The notes under the pieces were generated by a model. That model worked only from the letters and a program-made list of their open reading frames with translations, was not told the DNA's origin and made no database searches. The position numbers and the translations under genes are program-made. Shown piece by piece: positions 1 through 13,525 of a DNA stretch of 64,000 nt. Position 1 is the first letter of the stretch, and every line of letters begins with the position of its first letter. Location: the NCBI GenBank assembly GCA_951406725.2, contig OX597829.1:24366001-24430000 (forward strand). The letters are read 5' to 3'. Origin of the DNA: Octopus vulgaris. Its lineage: Eukaryota.

Positions 1-1356
1 TATATTGATCACTCTAGGCATTGTCAATTGTGTAGAATATATATATATATATATTTTTTTTCCATGAGATTTCATAATTATTTCTAATTCTCAAGGCCAG
101 TAATTTTGAACGGAGGATAGTTGATAGTTGATATCATTGATCTACATATATGACTGGTACTTTGTTTTATTGAACCTGGAAGGATGAAAGGCAAAGTTGT
201 CCTTGGCAGGATTAAAACTCAGAAATATAAAAGTCTAGAACAAATACTGCAAGGCATTTTATCTGTCATTTCAATTCTCAGTCCTTGAGGAGTTTTAATA
301 AGGCTGTAACATTTCTGCTAGTGGAGGCACATGGCCGAGTGGTTAGAGCAGCGAACTCGTGGTCGAGGGATCGCAGGTTCGAATCTCAGACAAAGCGATG
401 TATGTGTTTATGAGCAAAACATTTACACTCCATGCTGCTCCAGCAGAAGGTAATAGCGAACTTCTGCTTACTCTTTCACCACAACTTTCTCTCACTCTTT
501 CCTCTTGCATCTAGCAGCTCACCTGCGACGGACCAGTGTCCCATCCAGGTGGGGAACCAATGAAACTGGGAAACCAGCCCTTATGAGCCAGGCATGGCTT
601 GAGAAGGAACAAACAACATGTCTGCTACTTTCACAGATGACTTTATAATAGACAATATCCACTCCTATGCTATAATATTCATATTGTAGAAATATTTCGG
701 TCGGCTGGTCTTGTTGGAGTTACCTTCTTGTTTGCTCCTTTGTTTTTTGGTTTTTTTTAGATTTTAAAAACTCCTTGAGTGAGTTTTCATCTTCTTACTC
801 TGTCAAATGTAATGCTTATTTATTCATTTTGCTTTGAATTAATCATATGAGGGAGAAGGCAAAGGGGTTGATGTAAAGAGGGAACAGGTTGCAAGAAGGC
901 AAAAAGTTAAAAATCAGAAGGGATTTGGAGTTGGAGGGAGTCAGTTAGAAAGAAGAGGTGAGGGATCATGACAAAGGTAAGAGCAAAAAAAAAAATAAGC
1001 ACCCCCCCCAAAAAAAAATGGTAACTATAACGAGGAAACAATAAACTTGTGTAGCTGAAACTAGTTTGTCTGTTGTTGGATGCCCTTTCTCTAACCATAC
1101 TGGACACCTGGAGTGGAGAGTGGACCTTAATATTGAGCCCTAACTTTCAGCTCCTAGAGTGAGTTTCTTATTCCATGGATAGTGTCAGTGAATGAAAGAT
1201 TTTTCACCTCATTGTATTACATATGTAAAACATAGCTATTTTTGTGTATTTAATATACAGAACACCTCCTCACCTCAGGTATTTTCAGTTAGCTATATTG
1301 TTGTTCGTTATTGTTTTCAGTGTGTGAGTGAGTGAGTATGTGTTTGTGTGTGCACA

Positions 1357-1404
<48 letters not shown>

Positions 1405-1415
1405 TACACACACAG

Positions 1416-1452
<37 letters not shown>

Positions 1453-1558
1453 GTGTTTTATTCATCTATATCAACATGTATATTCTCACACTTTTTTATG
1501 TTCACACAAATTTATGAGTCGGCTTGACAAGCAGGATGTCTCTAAATGAGTGGCCTAT

Positions 1559-1736
1559 ACTACCACAACCAGCAGCAACAGTAGCACCACCACCACCACC
1601 ACCACCACCACAACCACCACTGCTACCACCGGTACCACTACTGCCACTACCATTGCAGCTGTCACCATGACAACTGTCACTGTCACTACCAGCACTGCCA
1701 ACACTACTACTACTACTAATAGTAATAATAATAATA

Positions 1737-1780
<44 letters not shown>

Positions 1781-1783
1781 AAT
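1559..1783. repeat. Compound trinucleotide microsatellite (ACC/ACT/AAT/GAT)
   Basis: Direct reading. Confidence 0.9.
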
Positions 1784-2503
1784 AGTTCCAACCGTCTTTT
1801 ATATAGAACATTCTTCAGCTGCTCTAATATCTAGATGCAACTTTTCCTCTGCACTTCCTCGTTGTCTCCCACACTTCTTCCCACTTGTCTTGACCTCTAA
1901 CTTGGCCTTACTTTCTTTCTTACACTTCTCTCCTTTTTACTAAAGAAATCTTTTCATTTTTTTTTCTCATGAATACCTTCTTTTTTATTGAAATATATTT
2001 GAATATATAGCTTCAGGTGCACAAGTTCATTGTTTTCTCATTATAGTTGCCATCTGTTTTCTGTTTTGTTTCGTTTTTCCCTCTTATCTCTGTCGCAATC
2101 CCTCACCTTTTCTGTCTAGCTGACTTCCTCCAGTTTCAAATCCCTTCTGATTTAAAAATTTTTTTTCCCCCGTTCTTGCAACCTGTAACGGTTTTTATTG
2201 TTGATTTATAAACAACATTGTGATATGTTGGAGCCAGTAGTTGTGATGATAAAAGTCTGTTATTAAAACGGCAAGTTGTAAAATGCATAAGATGAACAAT
2301 GCATGAAGTTTTAAAGAAAGTATTTTATTTACCGTTACGTTACAATACCTTGCCTCGACAGGCAGGTTGATAAATCTAGAAGCATGCGAAAGTTAGATGC
2401 GGTAGAATATTTGAGTTTGGGTTCTCTTCATTGGAGTGTTTAACCACTCCAATAATGTTGTAGGTAAAATGCATAATGGGGATATATATTGAGCAAACTT
2501 AAC

Positions 2504-2669
2504 AGGCGCAGGAGTGGCTGTGTAGTAAGTAGCTTGCCTACCAATCACATGGTTCTGGGTTCAGTCCCACTGCGTGGAACCTTGGGCAAGTGTCTTCTAC
2601 TATAGCCTCGGGCCGACCAAAGCCTTGTGAGTGGATTTGGTAGACGGAAACTGAAAGCAGCCCGTCGTA

Positions 2670-2700
<31 letters not shown>

Positions 2701-2938
2701 GAGCGTGTGCGTGTATGTTTGCGTGTCTGTGTCTGTCTCCCTAGCATTGCTTGACAACCGATGCTGGTGTGTTTATGTCCCCGTCACTTAGCAGTTCGGC
2801 AAAAAGAGACCGATAGAATAAGTACTAGGCTTACAAAGAATAAGTCCCGGGGTCGAGTTGCTCGACTAAAGGCGGTGCTCCAGCATGGCCACAGTCAAAT
2901 GACTGAAACAAGTAAAAGAGTAAAAGAGTAAAGAGAGT
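2504..2938 (+). mobile_element. tRNA-derived SINE family 1 (CORE-like block, internal (TA)n/(TG)n, (GTAAAAGA)n tail); also 7303-7715 +, 15387-15785 +, 58662-58923 +
   Basis: A/B-box-like head gtggctgtgt(a/g)gtaag..ggttcagtccc, ccttgggcaagt block, multiple near-identical copies in window. Confidence 0.9.
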
Positions 2939-3341
2939 AGATTTTGTGCTTTTTGCTATAAACACTGACAATGTATTCAATTAAGATTGCAATTTTTGCC
3001 AAATGATTATGTAATCTTGTCAGTTGAATTAAGGAAACATGTGTATGTTTACTTTCTGGTGGTGAACAACAAAATAAGATGAGGACCATGTTTTCAAATG
3101 ATTTAAGATGTAAAGGAATCAAATATCCAGACATAATGTGGTGTTATTTTACATCAAACATCGCTTGATGATCGAAAGCTAATGGCCAGATTAAAACATA
3201 TGTAGGATTCTTTTATGCTTATTTCTTTTGTTGATTCAGTTCCTTTACATCTTAAATCTTTTATGCATTACTTTTTTTTATCGTGATACGAATAAAATTA
3301 ACCAAGGCCCTATAAACTGGCCTTCTCCATTTTTAATATAT

Positions 3342-4247
3342 AATGGATGAAGATAGGTGTGTGAGAAAGTGCCAATCCTTAGCAGTTGAGGGAACCCGTG
3401 GAAGAGGTAGACCCAGGAAAACCTGGGACGAGGTGGTGAAGCACGACCTTCGAACTTTAGGCCTCACTGAGGAAATGACCAGCGACCGAGACCTTTGGAA
3501 ATATTCTGTACGTGAGAAGACCAGGCAGGACAAGTGAGCCCAGCCCACTTATGAATGCCTTTCCTCCCTTGGACACAAAGACCTGTTGAGGCAAGCGAAG
3601 TCGATATAGAACCACATCCGACGACAGGCACCCATGCCAACCCCCTTTGCTTGCGAAGACATGTTGGGGCAAGCGAAATCGAAATCGAAATCGAAGTCAA
3701 AATCGAATTGAACCAGCCAGGATCCCTGGTCTGGTGGTACGTAAAAAGCACTATCCGACTCATGGCCGATGCCAGCGCTGCCTCCACTGGCTTCCGTGCC
3801 GGTGGCACGTAAAATACACCAATCTGACCGTACGACAGGCACCCATGCCAACCCCCTTGCTTGCAAAGACATGTTGGGGCAAGCGAAATCGAAATCGAAT
3901 TGAACCAGCCAGGATCCCTGGTCTGGTGGTACGTAAAAAGCACCATCCGACTCGTGGCCGATGCCAGCACCGCCTCGTCTGGCTTCCGTGCCAGTGGCAC
4001 ATAAAATACACCAATCTGACCGTGGCCGTTGCCAGCCTCGCCTGGCACCTGTGCAGGTGGCACGTAAAAAGCACCCACTACACTCACGGAGTGGTTGGCG
4101 TTAGGAAGGGCATCCAGCTGTAGAAACACTGCCAGATAAGACTGGAGCCTGGTGCAGCCTTCTGGCTTCCCAGATCCCCGGTCGAACCGTCCAACCCATG
4201 CTAGCATGGAGAACGGACGTTAAAGGATGATGATGATGATGATGATG
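3342..4247 (+). mobile_element. RTE LINE 3' end with internal ~200-bp tandem duplication and (GAT)n tail
   Basis: MDEDRCVRKC..GRGRPRKTW..DRDLWK matches the C-terminus of the element at 60.1-62.7 kb and shares its 3'UTR. Confidence 0.88.
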
Positions 4248-4311
4248 ACTGCTCTACATCTTAGTGGTCTCTTCTTTCAGATTTATGCTTTCTAAAAACG
4301 ATATATATATA

Positions 4312-4694
4312 TCTTTATATATAAAAGTGAAGTTGTGTGTCTGTCTCCTACGATTTAGATTCCTAACTACTCCCACATTTTGCAGAGCAGTTTAACCAAA
4401 ACCGGGTATCTTATAGTCGTGATTCATATCAAGCCCTTCTGGGTATTAGCGCGCGTCTATGATGAGTCTACGATTTAAAAAAAAATTTACCATCATTTTT
4501 TTCCATTTTAATGCTTTTTTTCGCTATTATATAAGGGAAGTAACTCTCTAAAATGTCTACGATGAGTCAACGATTTATAAAAAAATTTACCATTTTTAAT
4601 GCATTTTTTTGCTATTTTTTGGCTATAACTCTCTAAAAATGCTTATATAGTTATTTCCCTTACAAACCCGAGCAACGCTGGGCAATACTGCTAG
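4312..4694 (+). mobile_element. Non-autonomous Helitron
   Basis: 5'-TC, subterminal hairpin cccgagcaacgctggg, 3'-CTAG, between A and T; same family as 38211-38589. Confidence 0.85.
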
Positions 4695-4845
4695 TATATA
4701 TATATATATATATATCACGGGAAGCTTTATGAAAATAGACAAAAGATGAAGGCAGGTTTACGGAAATAAACAAAAGACGAAGGCAGATGGAATACAAACA
4801 AACAATTGTATTAGTATGGCGCTCAGGAAATATAAATAAAACAAG

Positions 4846-4883
4846 TCTTTAACGTTTCGAGCCTACGCTCTTCAACAGAAAGA
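4846..4883 (-). ncRNA. Hammerhead-like motif with variant core (CUGUUGA)
   Basis: Minus strand TCTTT-CTGTTGA-A-GAGC-GTAG-GCTC-GAAA-CG-TT-AAAGA. Confidence 0.55.
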
Positions 4884-5340
4884 TACACAGAGAAAAAACA
4901 CAGAAAGAAGGAGAGAAAAAAAATATGCGTGCAGAAGCTAGCGAATCAACATGGCGATCTGATTTCGGCCAGAAGTCAAAGATCAAACATGAGATGCAAG
5001 AGCGAAATTAGGGGAGATAATAGGGTTGAATGACCCCGCTCAAACATAAGAGTGTGTGTGTGTGTGTATGAGAAGAGTGTGTGTGTGTGTATGAAAGAGT
5101 ATTAGTGCGTATGAGAGGTCTAGACGTGTGTATATATATATGATGTGATGTGTAAAGTCGTATGGTGTAGTGTAGAGAGAGGAGAAGAGGGGGAGGGGGG
5201 AGAAAGAAAGGGGAGAAGAGGAGGGGAAGGGGAGGGGGAGAAGGAAGGAGAGGAGAAGAGGAGGGGAGAGGGAGAGGGGGAGAGAGAGAGAGAAGGGGAG
5301 TGAGGGAGCAGATATATATATATATGCATATATATTTGAC

Positions 5341-5582
5341 AGGGTCTTCCGATCCCTTATCTGGTGGTAAATGTGGAAACGAGGATGGTGAGAGCTGTAC
5401 AAGCCATGTACAGGGATGCTGTCAGTAAGGTGAGGGTAGAAGTAGGGGTTCACCAAGGATCACTCTTCAGCTTCTTTATGTTCATCATTCTCCAAACAAT
5501 AACAGAAGAATTCAAGACAGGCTGACCCCGGGAGCTCCTCTATGCTGATGACCATGTTCTAATAGCAGAGTCATTACTGGAA
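5341..5582 (+). mobile_element. RTE RT internal fragment
   Basis: VEVGVHQGS..EEFKTG..ELLYADD, matching the RTE at 61.6-61.9 kb. Confidence 0.75.
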
Positions 5583-5583
5583 C

Positions 5584-5656
<73 letters not shown>

Positions 5657-5695
5657 TATACATATATATATATACATATATTTATATACATATAT

Positions 5696-5768
<73 letters not shown>
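5584..5768. repeat. (TA)n microsatellite (many other TA, CA and TACA arrays, e.g. 6073-6288, 8708-8830, 9500-9585, 10671-10803)
   Basis: Direct reading. Confidence 0.9.
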
Positions 5769-5771
<3 letters not shown>

Positions 5772-6070
5772 AGGCGAAATGGCCCAGTGGTTAGGGCAGC
5801 GGACTCGCGGTCGTAGGATCGCGGTTTCAATTCCCAGACTGGGCATTGTGTGTGTTTATTGAGTGAAAACACCTAAAAAGCTCCACGAGGCTCTGGCAGG
5901 GGGGGGTGATCCCTGCTGTACTCCTTCACCACTCTTTCTCTCACCCTTTCTTCTGTTGGCCTGCTCGCTTAGCCAGTGGGGTGGCATCATTCGAAGGCTA
6001 AAACAATGCAAACGCATTGTGACCAGCAATGTGTAACAACATCTGATGGTCTGGTCAGTCACGTGATCAC
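5769..6070 (+). mobile_element. tRNA-derived SINE family 2 (related heads at 323-620 + and ~63470-63680 -)
   Basis: ggaggcgaaatggcccagtggttagggcagcggactcgcgg..ggtttcaattccc A/B boxes followed by a non-tRNA body. Confidence 0.8.
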
Positions 6071-6151
6071 GTGATATATATATAGATGATATATATATAT
6101 ATATAATTATATATATATGTATGTATATGTATGTGTATGTATGTATAAATA

Positions 6152-6201
<50 letters not shown>

Positions 6202-6246
6202 CATAAATATACATACATATACATAAATACGTACATACATACATAC

Positions 6247-6290
<44 letters not shown>

Positions 6291-8227
6291 TCATCATCAT
6301 CGTTTAACGTCTGCTTTCCATACTAGCATGGGTGGGACGATTTGACTGAGGGCTGGCAAACCAGATGGCTGCACCAAGTTTATGATTTAACATATTAAAC
6401 AAAGTTCAGTAAATTCAATCATATTTTACATAAATGGAGGAGGTTAGATGTTAATATAGATGATAATTTTTTTTATTCATGTAGCAATGCAATCGTTTCT
6501 TACAATAAATTCATTTTAAGAATCTGAGTTGTCAAAAAGTACTCGTCAGTAGCTGAAAATAAGAAAAAAGCTGAAAGACATTAGGATTACATAGGTAAGG
6601 TGTTATTCCTTTTGGTAATGTTTCTGTTCTTGGAGTCATGTCTATTTAAAACACTAGCTGAATTGCCTATCATTCTTGGGTAATTTTTACAATAGAATGT
6701 CTTATATAAATTTTTGTTTATTTCATGTCAGACCATGCCTTCTCTGACAGATAGCCCTCTTGATCAGGAAAGATGTGTGCAATTTTTCACAAAAAAACTT
6801 CATTGAGGATTTTTTACATGTCTATTTGACCGTTTCATATGACTTTATTCATTAAAACTTATTAAAACTTCACAAGTTCATATAACTTTGGTTGTTGTAA
6901 TATGCTTTGCTGTCATCTGTTTAATAAAAATTCCTCCTCTTAATGATTTTATTTTCATTTTGTGATAGACAGCTATCTTGCAGAAAATGCCAGCTTCCAA
7001 ATCCTGTTTTCTGTTTTTTGATTAAAATTTAAACTCCAGTAACATTTTTCTGCAATTTTTCTGGAACAAATAAATAACAAAATTGGATTTAACAAGGAAA
7101 ATTATTTCAATATACCAAATTTGAACAATCTGAGGTAATTTTAGAATCTCACAATATATAACAGCAACAGGGAAGACCCTACAAATGCAGAGAGGAAGAC
7201 TGGTATAGGATGTGAAACACACACACTCACATTTACAATGCACACAAGGTAATCATGAGTTTAAAATGGTGTATAGTCAATGTATGTATGTATGCATGTA
7301 CGAGTGGTAAGTAGCTTGCTTAGCAACCACATGATTCCGGGTTCAGTCCCACTGCATGGTGCCTTGGGCAAGTGTCTTCTACTATAGCCTCGGACCGACC
7401 AAAGTCTTGTTAGTGAATTTGGTAGACGGAAACTGAAAGAAGCCCGTCGTATATATGTGTGTGTGTGTGTGTATGTGTGTGTGTGTGTGTGTGTATGTTT
7501 GCATCTGTATTTGTCCCCCCAACATCGCTTGACAACCGATGCTGGTGTGTTTATGTCCCCGTAACTTAACGGTTTGGCAAAAAGAGACTGATAGATTAAG
7601 TACTGGGCTTACAAAGACTAAGTCCTGTGGTTGATTTGTTCGACTAAAGGCAGTGCTCCAGTATGGCCACAGTCAAATGACTGAAACAAGTAAAAGGGTA
7701 AAGAAAGAGAGAGTATGTGTATGTGTGTGTGTCTGTGTGTGAGTATTTTTGTGGTGGACAGTAGAAAAGCCACCTATCAACTCTCTTAAAGCTACGTATT
7801 CCTTACACCCACCTTTCTCAGCATTTTAATGTTACTTCTGAGCATGTGTGTGTGTGTGTGCATGTATCTATGTATTTACAAAAGTATGTATGAAGCATTG
7901 TGTGTATACGACAGCAGTATTAATGTTAACATGTCATTGCTACTCCATATTTATCTCTTACACAATGCTGTTCTCCCCTTCCCTGATATCAGTCACATTC
8001 ACTTCTGCAACCACATTTTCCTCAGACTAATACTCTTTGCACCCTTCTCATTTTATCATATAATTCTCACACCCGCTAGGGGGCACATTATAGATTTTTA
8101 TTTAAATCCAATTTACCTATTATGGAAATGGATGTTCGTTTAACATGTACACAAAGTTTCATGAAGATTGGTTTGCTGGTTTAGGCAGTAAGATGGTGAC
8201 AGACAAACAGACAGAAAGTGCCATTTA

Positions 8228-8699
8228 CAGTAATCCCTTGACTATCGCGGGTGTTATGTTCCAAAACACCCAACGATAGGTGGAAATCTATGAAGTATAA
8301 ACAGTACTGTACTGTATATGATTTTTTATTATTTGTATATATCTATTTTATTATAAATGCAAAACAACACCACACACTTACCTCCCAACTTTAATTTTCC
8401 ATTCAGTATGAGTGATTCTTTTTTTACTCATTTACGGTACACTGCATATTTTCTTTTAATATATTTTAATTAATATGTGATACAGTGCAGCACTGTACTA
8501 TATTTCTATTTTTAGGCATGAAAATGCTTATTTTACCACAGAAATAATTAAAATCTAAACAAAATATAAATGCCTATTGGCTGCAGAAACTCGCTATATA
8601 CTGAGGTGACCATGATATAAATTTACATATATTAGCCAGAAAAATCTGTGATGTACTGAGAGCACAAGAGGTGAATTGCGATATGGCAAGTGATCTCTG
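8228..8699. mobile_element. Tigger/pogo-like MITE, degenerate
   Basis: ta|cagtaatcccttgactatcgcg ... gcgatatggcaagtgatctctg|ta. Confidence 0.55.
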
Positions 8700-8704
8700 T
8701 ATAG

Positions 8705-8754
<50 letters not shown>

Positions 8755-8784
8755 GACACATGCACACATGCGCACGCATGCACA

Positions 8785-8833
<49 letters not shown>

Positions 8834-9514
8834 CTTATTCATAAATAGTTTTATACCATAAAATATGGCTGATTTTGTTTCTGGAATTGAGAAATAGTAT
8901 TTCTTTTAATGGTGAATATTACCATCTTTTAGTTTTGCGAAACAGAAATAATGGTATTGAAGGAAATGTTTGTCAATTAGACAACACTGATCATTGTATT
9001 TTGAATTAACTTCAGTAATATAATATGACTCTCATATTGCGTTTTATAATTAAATAGAACAGCCTTCATCATTCTATTATTATTTTCCATTAACAAAATA
9101 ATTAAGTTTTCCTGTTTAAATAAACAAATGCAAGATTCATATATAAAGAAGAAAGATAATAAATCACACTCAATGACCTTGAAAGAAAAAAAAATGTCAA
9201 GAAACAAATAAGGAAACAAGAGCTGTTCCATGTATAAATTGCATATCTTAAGATGACATTAAAATAAAGTGTTATTTTTGTGTTTTAATAATACAACACA
9301 AGAGATTGTTTATCATTAATTCACATCTGTTTTTCATTGATCAGGTTACCCAGTTAGTTGTTTGTGGTGAATGTCATTCTGTACAGCACAGTCTCAGGGT
9401 ATTGGCTCAAGGACTAAATAGTTTCCTTAACTATGCATCATTTCTTAGAGTTACTGTCAGCATAAAAACAGGTAACCTGCAATGAAGTTGCAGATTCCTT
9501 ACTTACTTACTTAC

Positions 9515-9545
<31 letters not shown>

Positions 9546-9585
9546 CATACATACATACATACATACATACATACATACATACATA

Positions 9586-10102
9586 CTGTAAATCCTTGAG
9601 TATAATCCACATTTTTTTCCCAAAATTTAAAGGTCAAAATCCCTAGTGCGTATTATATATACGAGGTTAAAAATGAAAAATATTTTCTAAGCAATGTCCG
9701 AGTCTCTATTTGCTGTCCGGCAATGTTAATTCAGATGCATTTTGTGATGTAGGGCACAAAAATACCTTAAGCTAAGCCTGAAAGCAATGAAGTCATAAAA
9801 GAATCATCCATAACTTGCAGTAAGTAACATTTACTAAACGTTATTACTGTTATTTCTTTTATTTTCTGCAAACAAAATGCACAAAAAAGCTACACGTTTG
9901 CATTATGTTATATATATACAATAATAATAAAGGACGTTACTGTATACATTTTTACAAACCAAGGACGTTATATAGACCTCCTTGACTCGAGTTAGAGAAG
10001 GGGTGCATATTATACACAAGGTTTAGGTTTTTCAGAAGTACAGCTCCCTAAAAATCTCCTGTGTATTATACTCAAGGGCGGACTATACTCGAAGAGTTAC
10101 CG
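9586..10102. mobile_element. Tc1/mariner/pogo-type MITE (TA-flanked, TIR ~ccgtaaatcctcgagtata)
   Basis: Imperfect TIRs, TA on both sides; second copy at 37897-38696 in opposite orientation. Confidence 0.8.
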
Positions 10103-10130
10103 TACATACATACATACATACATACATACA

Positions 10131-10669
10131 TCGATGAGACATGATGTTGTAACTAGGACACTGTATAATGAAATCCGTCGAAAAAGGAATAAGAAATGAG
10201 AAAAAAAGAAATAAGAACCGACAGTATGGTTGAAGCCATAGCTACTCATAATAAAAAGGTGTATTAGTGGAATGTCCCAGTGAAAACCTCACTAAAATGT
10301 GAACACAATAGACCTGATATAATGATTTGGGATAGAGAAGAGAAACTGTGTACAATTGTGGAAATCAGCTGCCCAGCAAATGTTAATAAAAAGCTGAAGA
10401 TCAGTGAAAAAGAGAACACCTATGCTGAACTATAGAGAAAACTGCAGTTACTCTGGATTACATGTTCAGATTTATACCTGTGCTTATTGGGGCATACTGC
10501 TTAAATACCAATCTTGAGAAATTAGGCTTCTCAAAACCAGAAAGGAGAAAGCTGATTCAAAGACAACTGGAACTGTAAAACTTTCCAGAAGTTTATCATT
10601 TGAGAATGCCTAGATATGCAACTATATGCATGAGAATATATATATAAAACAAAACATACAAATCTGCAT

Positions 10670-10730
<61 letters not shown>

Positions 10731-10774
10731 TACATACATACATACATACATACATACATACATACATACATACA

Positions 10775-10805
<31 letters not shown>

Positions 10806-11082
10806 TAGTTAGTTAGTTATCTAAGCCTGGAAAGCTAGGGTTATTTTTTTGAGCTCATGGAAATTTAAGTTGTATGGAACTGAATCAAACAGTTATGAAA
10901 TAAATAACAAATAAGCCTTTCTGGTTTTGAGAAGCCTAACAAGTGTGGCGGTGTGGTAAGAAGCTTGCTTCCCAACCGCATACTCTGTTGTTGATGCTGA
11001 AATTCCAATGAAGGAGCCTTGAATCTAGGTTAGAAACTGGCTCTTTCTGACAAGAAATCTTGAAATAAAACTGAAAAATGAC
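10131..11082 (+). mobile_element. 3' fragment of restriction-like-endonuclease (REL) non-LTR retrotransposon (R4/Dong/NeSL-type)
   Basis: Manual translation MRHDVVTRTLYNE...HNRPDIMIWDREEKLCTIVEISCP..KISEKENTYAEL..FIPVLIGA shows RHD, PD..E and K..Y motifs (coding ~10134-10603). Assigning 10981-11082 to the 3'UTR is an inference. Confidence 0.75.
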
Positions 11083-11503
11083 ATACATACATATACATTA
11101 TTTTAATTTGTTTGGAGCAAATACCTCAGAATGCACTCTTAAAAGCTCCTGTGTTTCCTTTTGTCAGCTACCACCTGTTATTTCTATTTTCCAGAGTAAT
11201 CCTACGGGAAAGGTTATACATGCAGAATGCCTTATAGCTTAGGATATGTGTGTGTACGTATGAGTATGTGTGTGTGTGTGTGAGAGAGAAAGAGAGAGAG
11301 GAAAGGAATGTACAAAGTTAGGAAGGGCATTCAGCCATAGAACCATGCCGAAGCAGACAGAGCTTGGTGTAGAGCATGCTGGCTCCTGTCAAACCATCCA
11401 AGCTATGCATGGGAAGATGTTAAATGATGATGATGATGATGTCATATATATATATATTCTATGTTAAATGAAGAAGCAGAGATGAAAGAGTTCAGTAAAT
11501 AGT

Positions 11504-13300
11504 AATTAGTTAGTTAGTTAGTTAATTTTTTGGCTCAAAAAGCAAAAAGCAAGGCCATGTAGGGGGACATGGAGTTATGTACAGGATGGTGTTCATGTAA
11601 AGAGTTCAGGCCACTTGAGGTCAAGGGAGACTTTGAACCGAGCGGTCGTCGGCATCTTCACCATCTCGTCTGGCAGCTTATTCTATGGATCCGCAACCCG
11701 GACGGAGAAAGCCCTTCTCCTTCGATTGAGATGAAATCGTCGCAGATAGAGCTTTTCGGAATGACCTCGCAGCCGACGCTCTGGAGCAGGAATGAAGAAC
11801 AGCTCTTTCGAGAGGTTATACTTTCCGCTTATGATGTTGTGAGCAAGAATGAGATCGCCACGGCATCGTTGTTTTTCTAGAGAATAAAGGTCGAGCTTCT
11901 TCAGCCTTTCTTCATAAGACAAATTCTTGAGACCAAGAACCATGCGGGTAGCCAGCTTCTGGACTCTTTCGAGATGCTGTATGTCTTTGAGGAGATAAGG
12001 AGAAGAGGTTTGAATCCCGTACTCCAATATGGGTCTCACCAGCGTGACATAGAGCGGTAGGAATATGGCTGCTGTGAGCATTCCGAATGACCGTCGAATC
12101 AAGAACAGAATTCCACGTGCTTTGTTGGCAGCATGGATGCACTGGGCCGAAGGCGAAAAGGAGGAATCCACCAAGATACCCAGGTCCTTTACCTGATCAG
12201 TCCTCTCCAGCAGCAGACGACCCGGCTCGAAATCAAGTTGAGTTGCAGGAGGAGAGCCAACAGGCAGATGACAGCACTTTGACACGTTCAGACACAGGTC
12301 CCATTCGTTAGACCATCTCCAAATTTGGTGGAGGCATCGACGAAGATCCTCTATATCACCACGAGGAGCGACCAGTTTGACATCACCGGCAAATAGAAGG
12401 GTGTGTTGTGTGAGGTCGTCGGGCAAGTCATTTATGAAGACTAAGAACAATAAGGGCCCGAGCACTGAACCTTGAGGCACGCCACTGCTTGCACTGGAGA
12501 CGTCGGACTGCGAACCATTAACTTGGACTTGGAAGGAGCGATCTGAGAGGAAGGCACCAACCCATCGTACAATATCCGGATGGAAACTATATGCTTGAAG
12601 CTTGACAAGTAATAGGCGGTGGTTTACCGAGTCAAAAGCTTTGGCAAAGTCCAATAAAACGATGTCAACAGCATCACTATCACCGAGGATGCGCGTCACC
12701 AATTCTTCCATTATCAGTAAGTTGGTCAAGCATGATCTCTTCGGCACATGCCATGTTGGGAATCAGAGATAGAGGCTGTGTTTTGGAGGTGGAGCATCGT
12801 ATTTGTCTTAAGGATGGTTTCGAACATCTTGCTGATTATAGATGTAAGGGAAACCGGTCGGTAGTTAAGCGGGTCTTCGCGGCTCCCTTTCTTGAAAATT
12901 GGGCAGATTATCGCTGTTCTCCAGTCCGCAGGTATGACACCTGTTGCCAATGACATATTGAATAGACGTGTTAAGGGCTTGCAGATGACCGAAGCCAACG
13001 CTTTGATAACCCGTGGGTGTATGCCGTCAGGGCCGTGACCCTTGTTGACATCGAGGCCTTGAATAACGCGTTCGACTTCGTCCCGCATGATGACCAATTG
13101 AAGCATTGGAGGTACTGATCTATCGAATGGAAGGGGTTCACAACCATCATCTTGTTTGAAAATAGTTGAAAAAGCCTCGGCAAATAATTGACTCTGTTGA
13201 TAAGGGTCCTCAATCGATACGCCTGTTGAGTCTACCAACGTTGCAATTTGGTTGTTCAAGCGGGAATTCCGTTGGACATGGGCAATAAGCATAAAGCTTA
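11504..13300 (-). mobile_element. 5'-truncated CR1-like LINE (RT, frameshift near 12740), (TAAC)n tail
   Basis: GPDGIHP, NYRPVSLTS, RSCLTNLL, LDFAKAFDSV, SGVPQGSVLGPLLF, FAGD (degenerate YADD), DLG, ERVQKLATR. Confidence 0.92.
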
Positions 13301-13525
13301 TAAGCGACTGCCATGTATTGGCTAAAGAAAATAGTCTAATATTGGGACATATAAGCCTCAATAAAAAAGTGGGCAGTAGTACACATATATAGCTGAATAT
13401 ATGATAAAATAATAGATCTAATGTAATCCAAGAGAAACAGGTTCCATGCTATGCCAGTGTAGTCAAAAATCAAAGGAAATGTCTTAAACAACCAAAATAA
13501 CTGGTATAACTTAATTTCATTAGAA

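Noticed and set aside
323-395. tRNA-like sequences (also 5769, 59462, ~63610-63680)
   Set aside because: No closed acceptor stem; each continues into a repeat body, so they are SINE heads, not tRNA genes.
1328-1943. ORFs with poly-YI, poly-T/D/M runs (also 5540-6345, 8574-8842, 10531-10808)
   Set aside because: Translations of microsatellites; no splice or homology support.
11003-11045. ccaatgaaggagcct..aggttagaaactggctc, hammerhead-like spacing
   Set aside because: Core lacks CUGA and stems I/II are poor.
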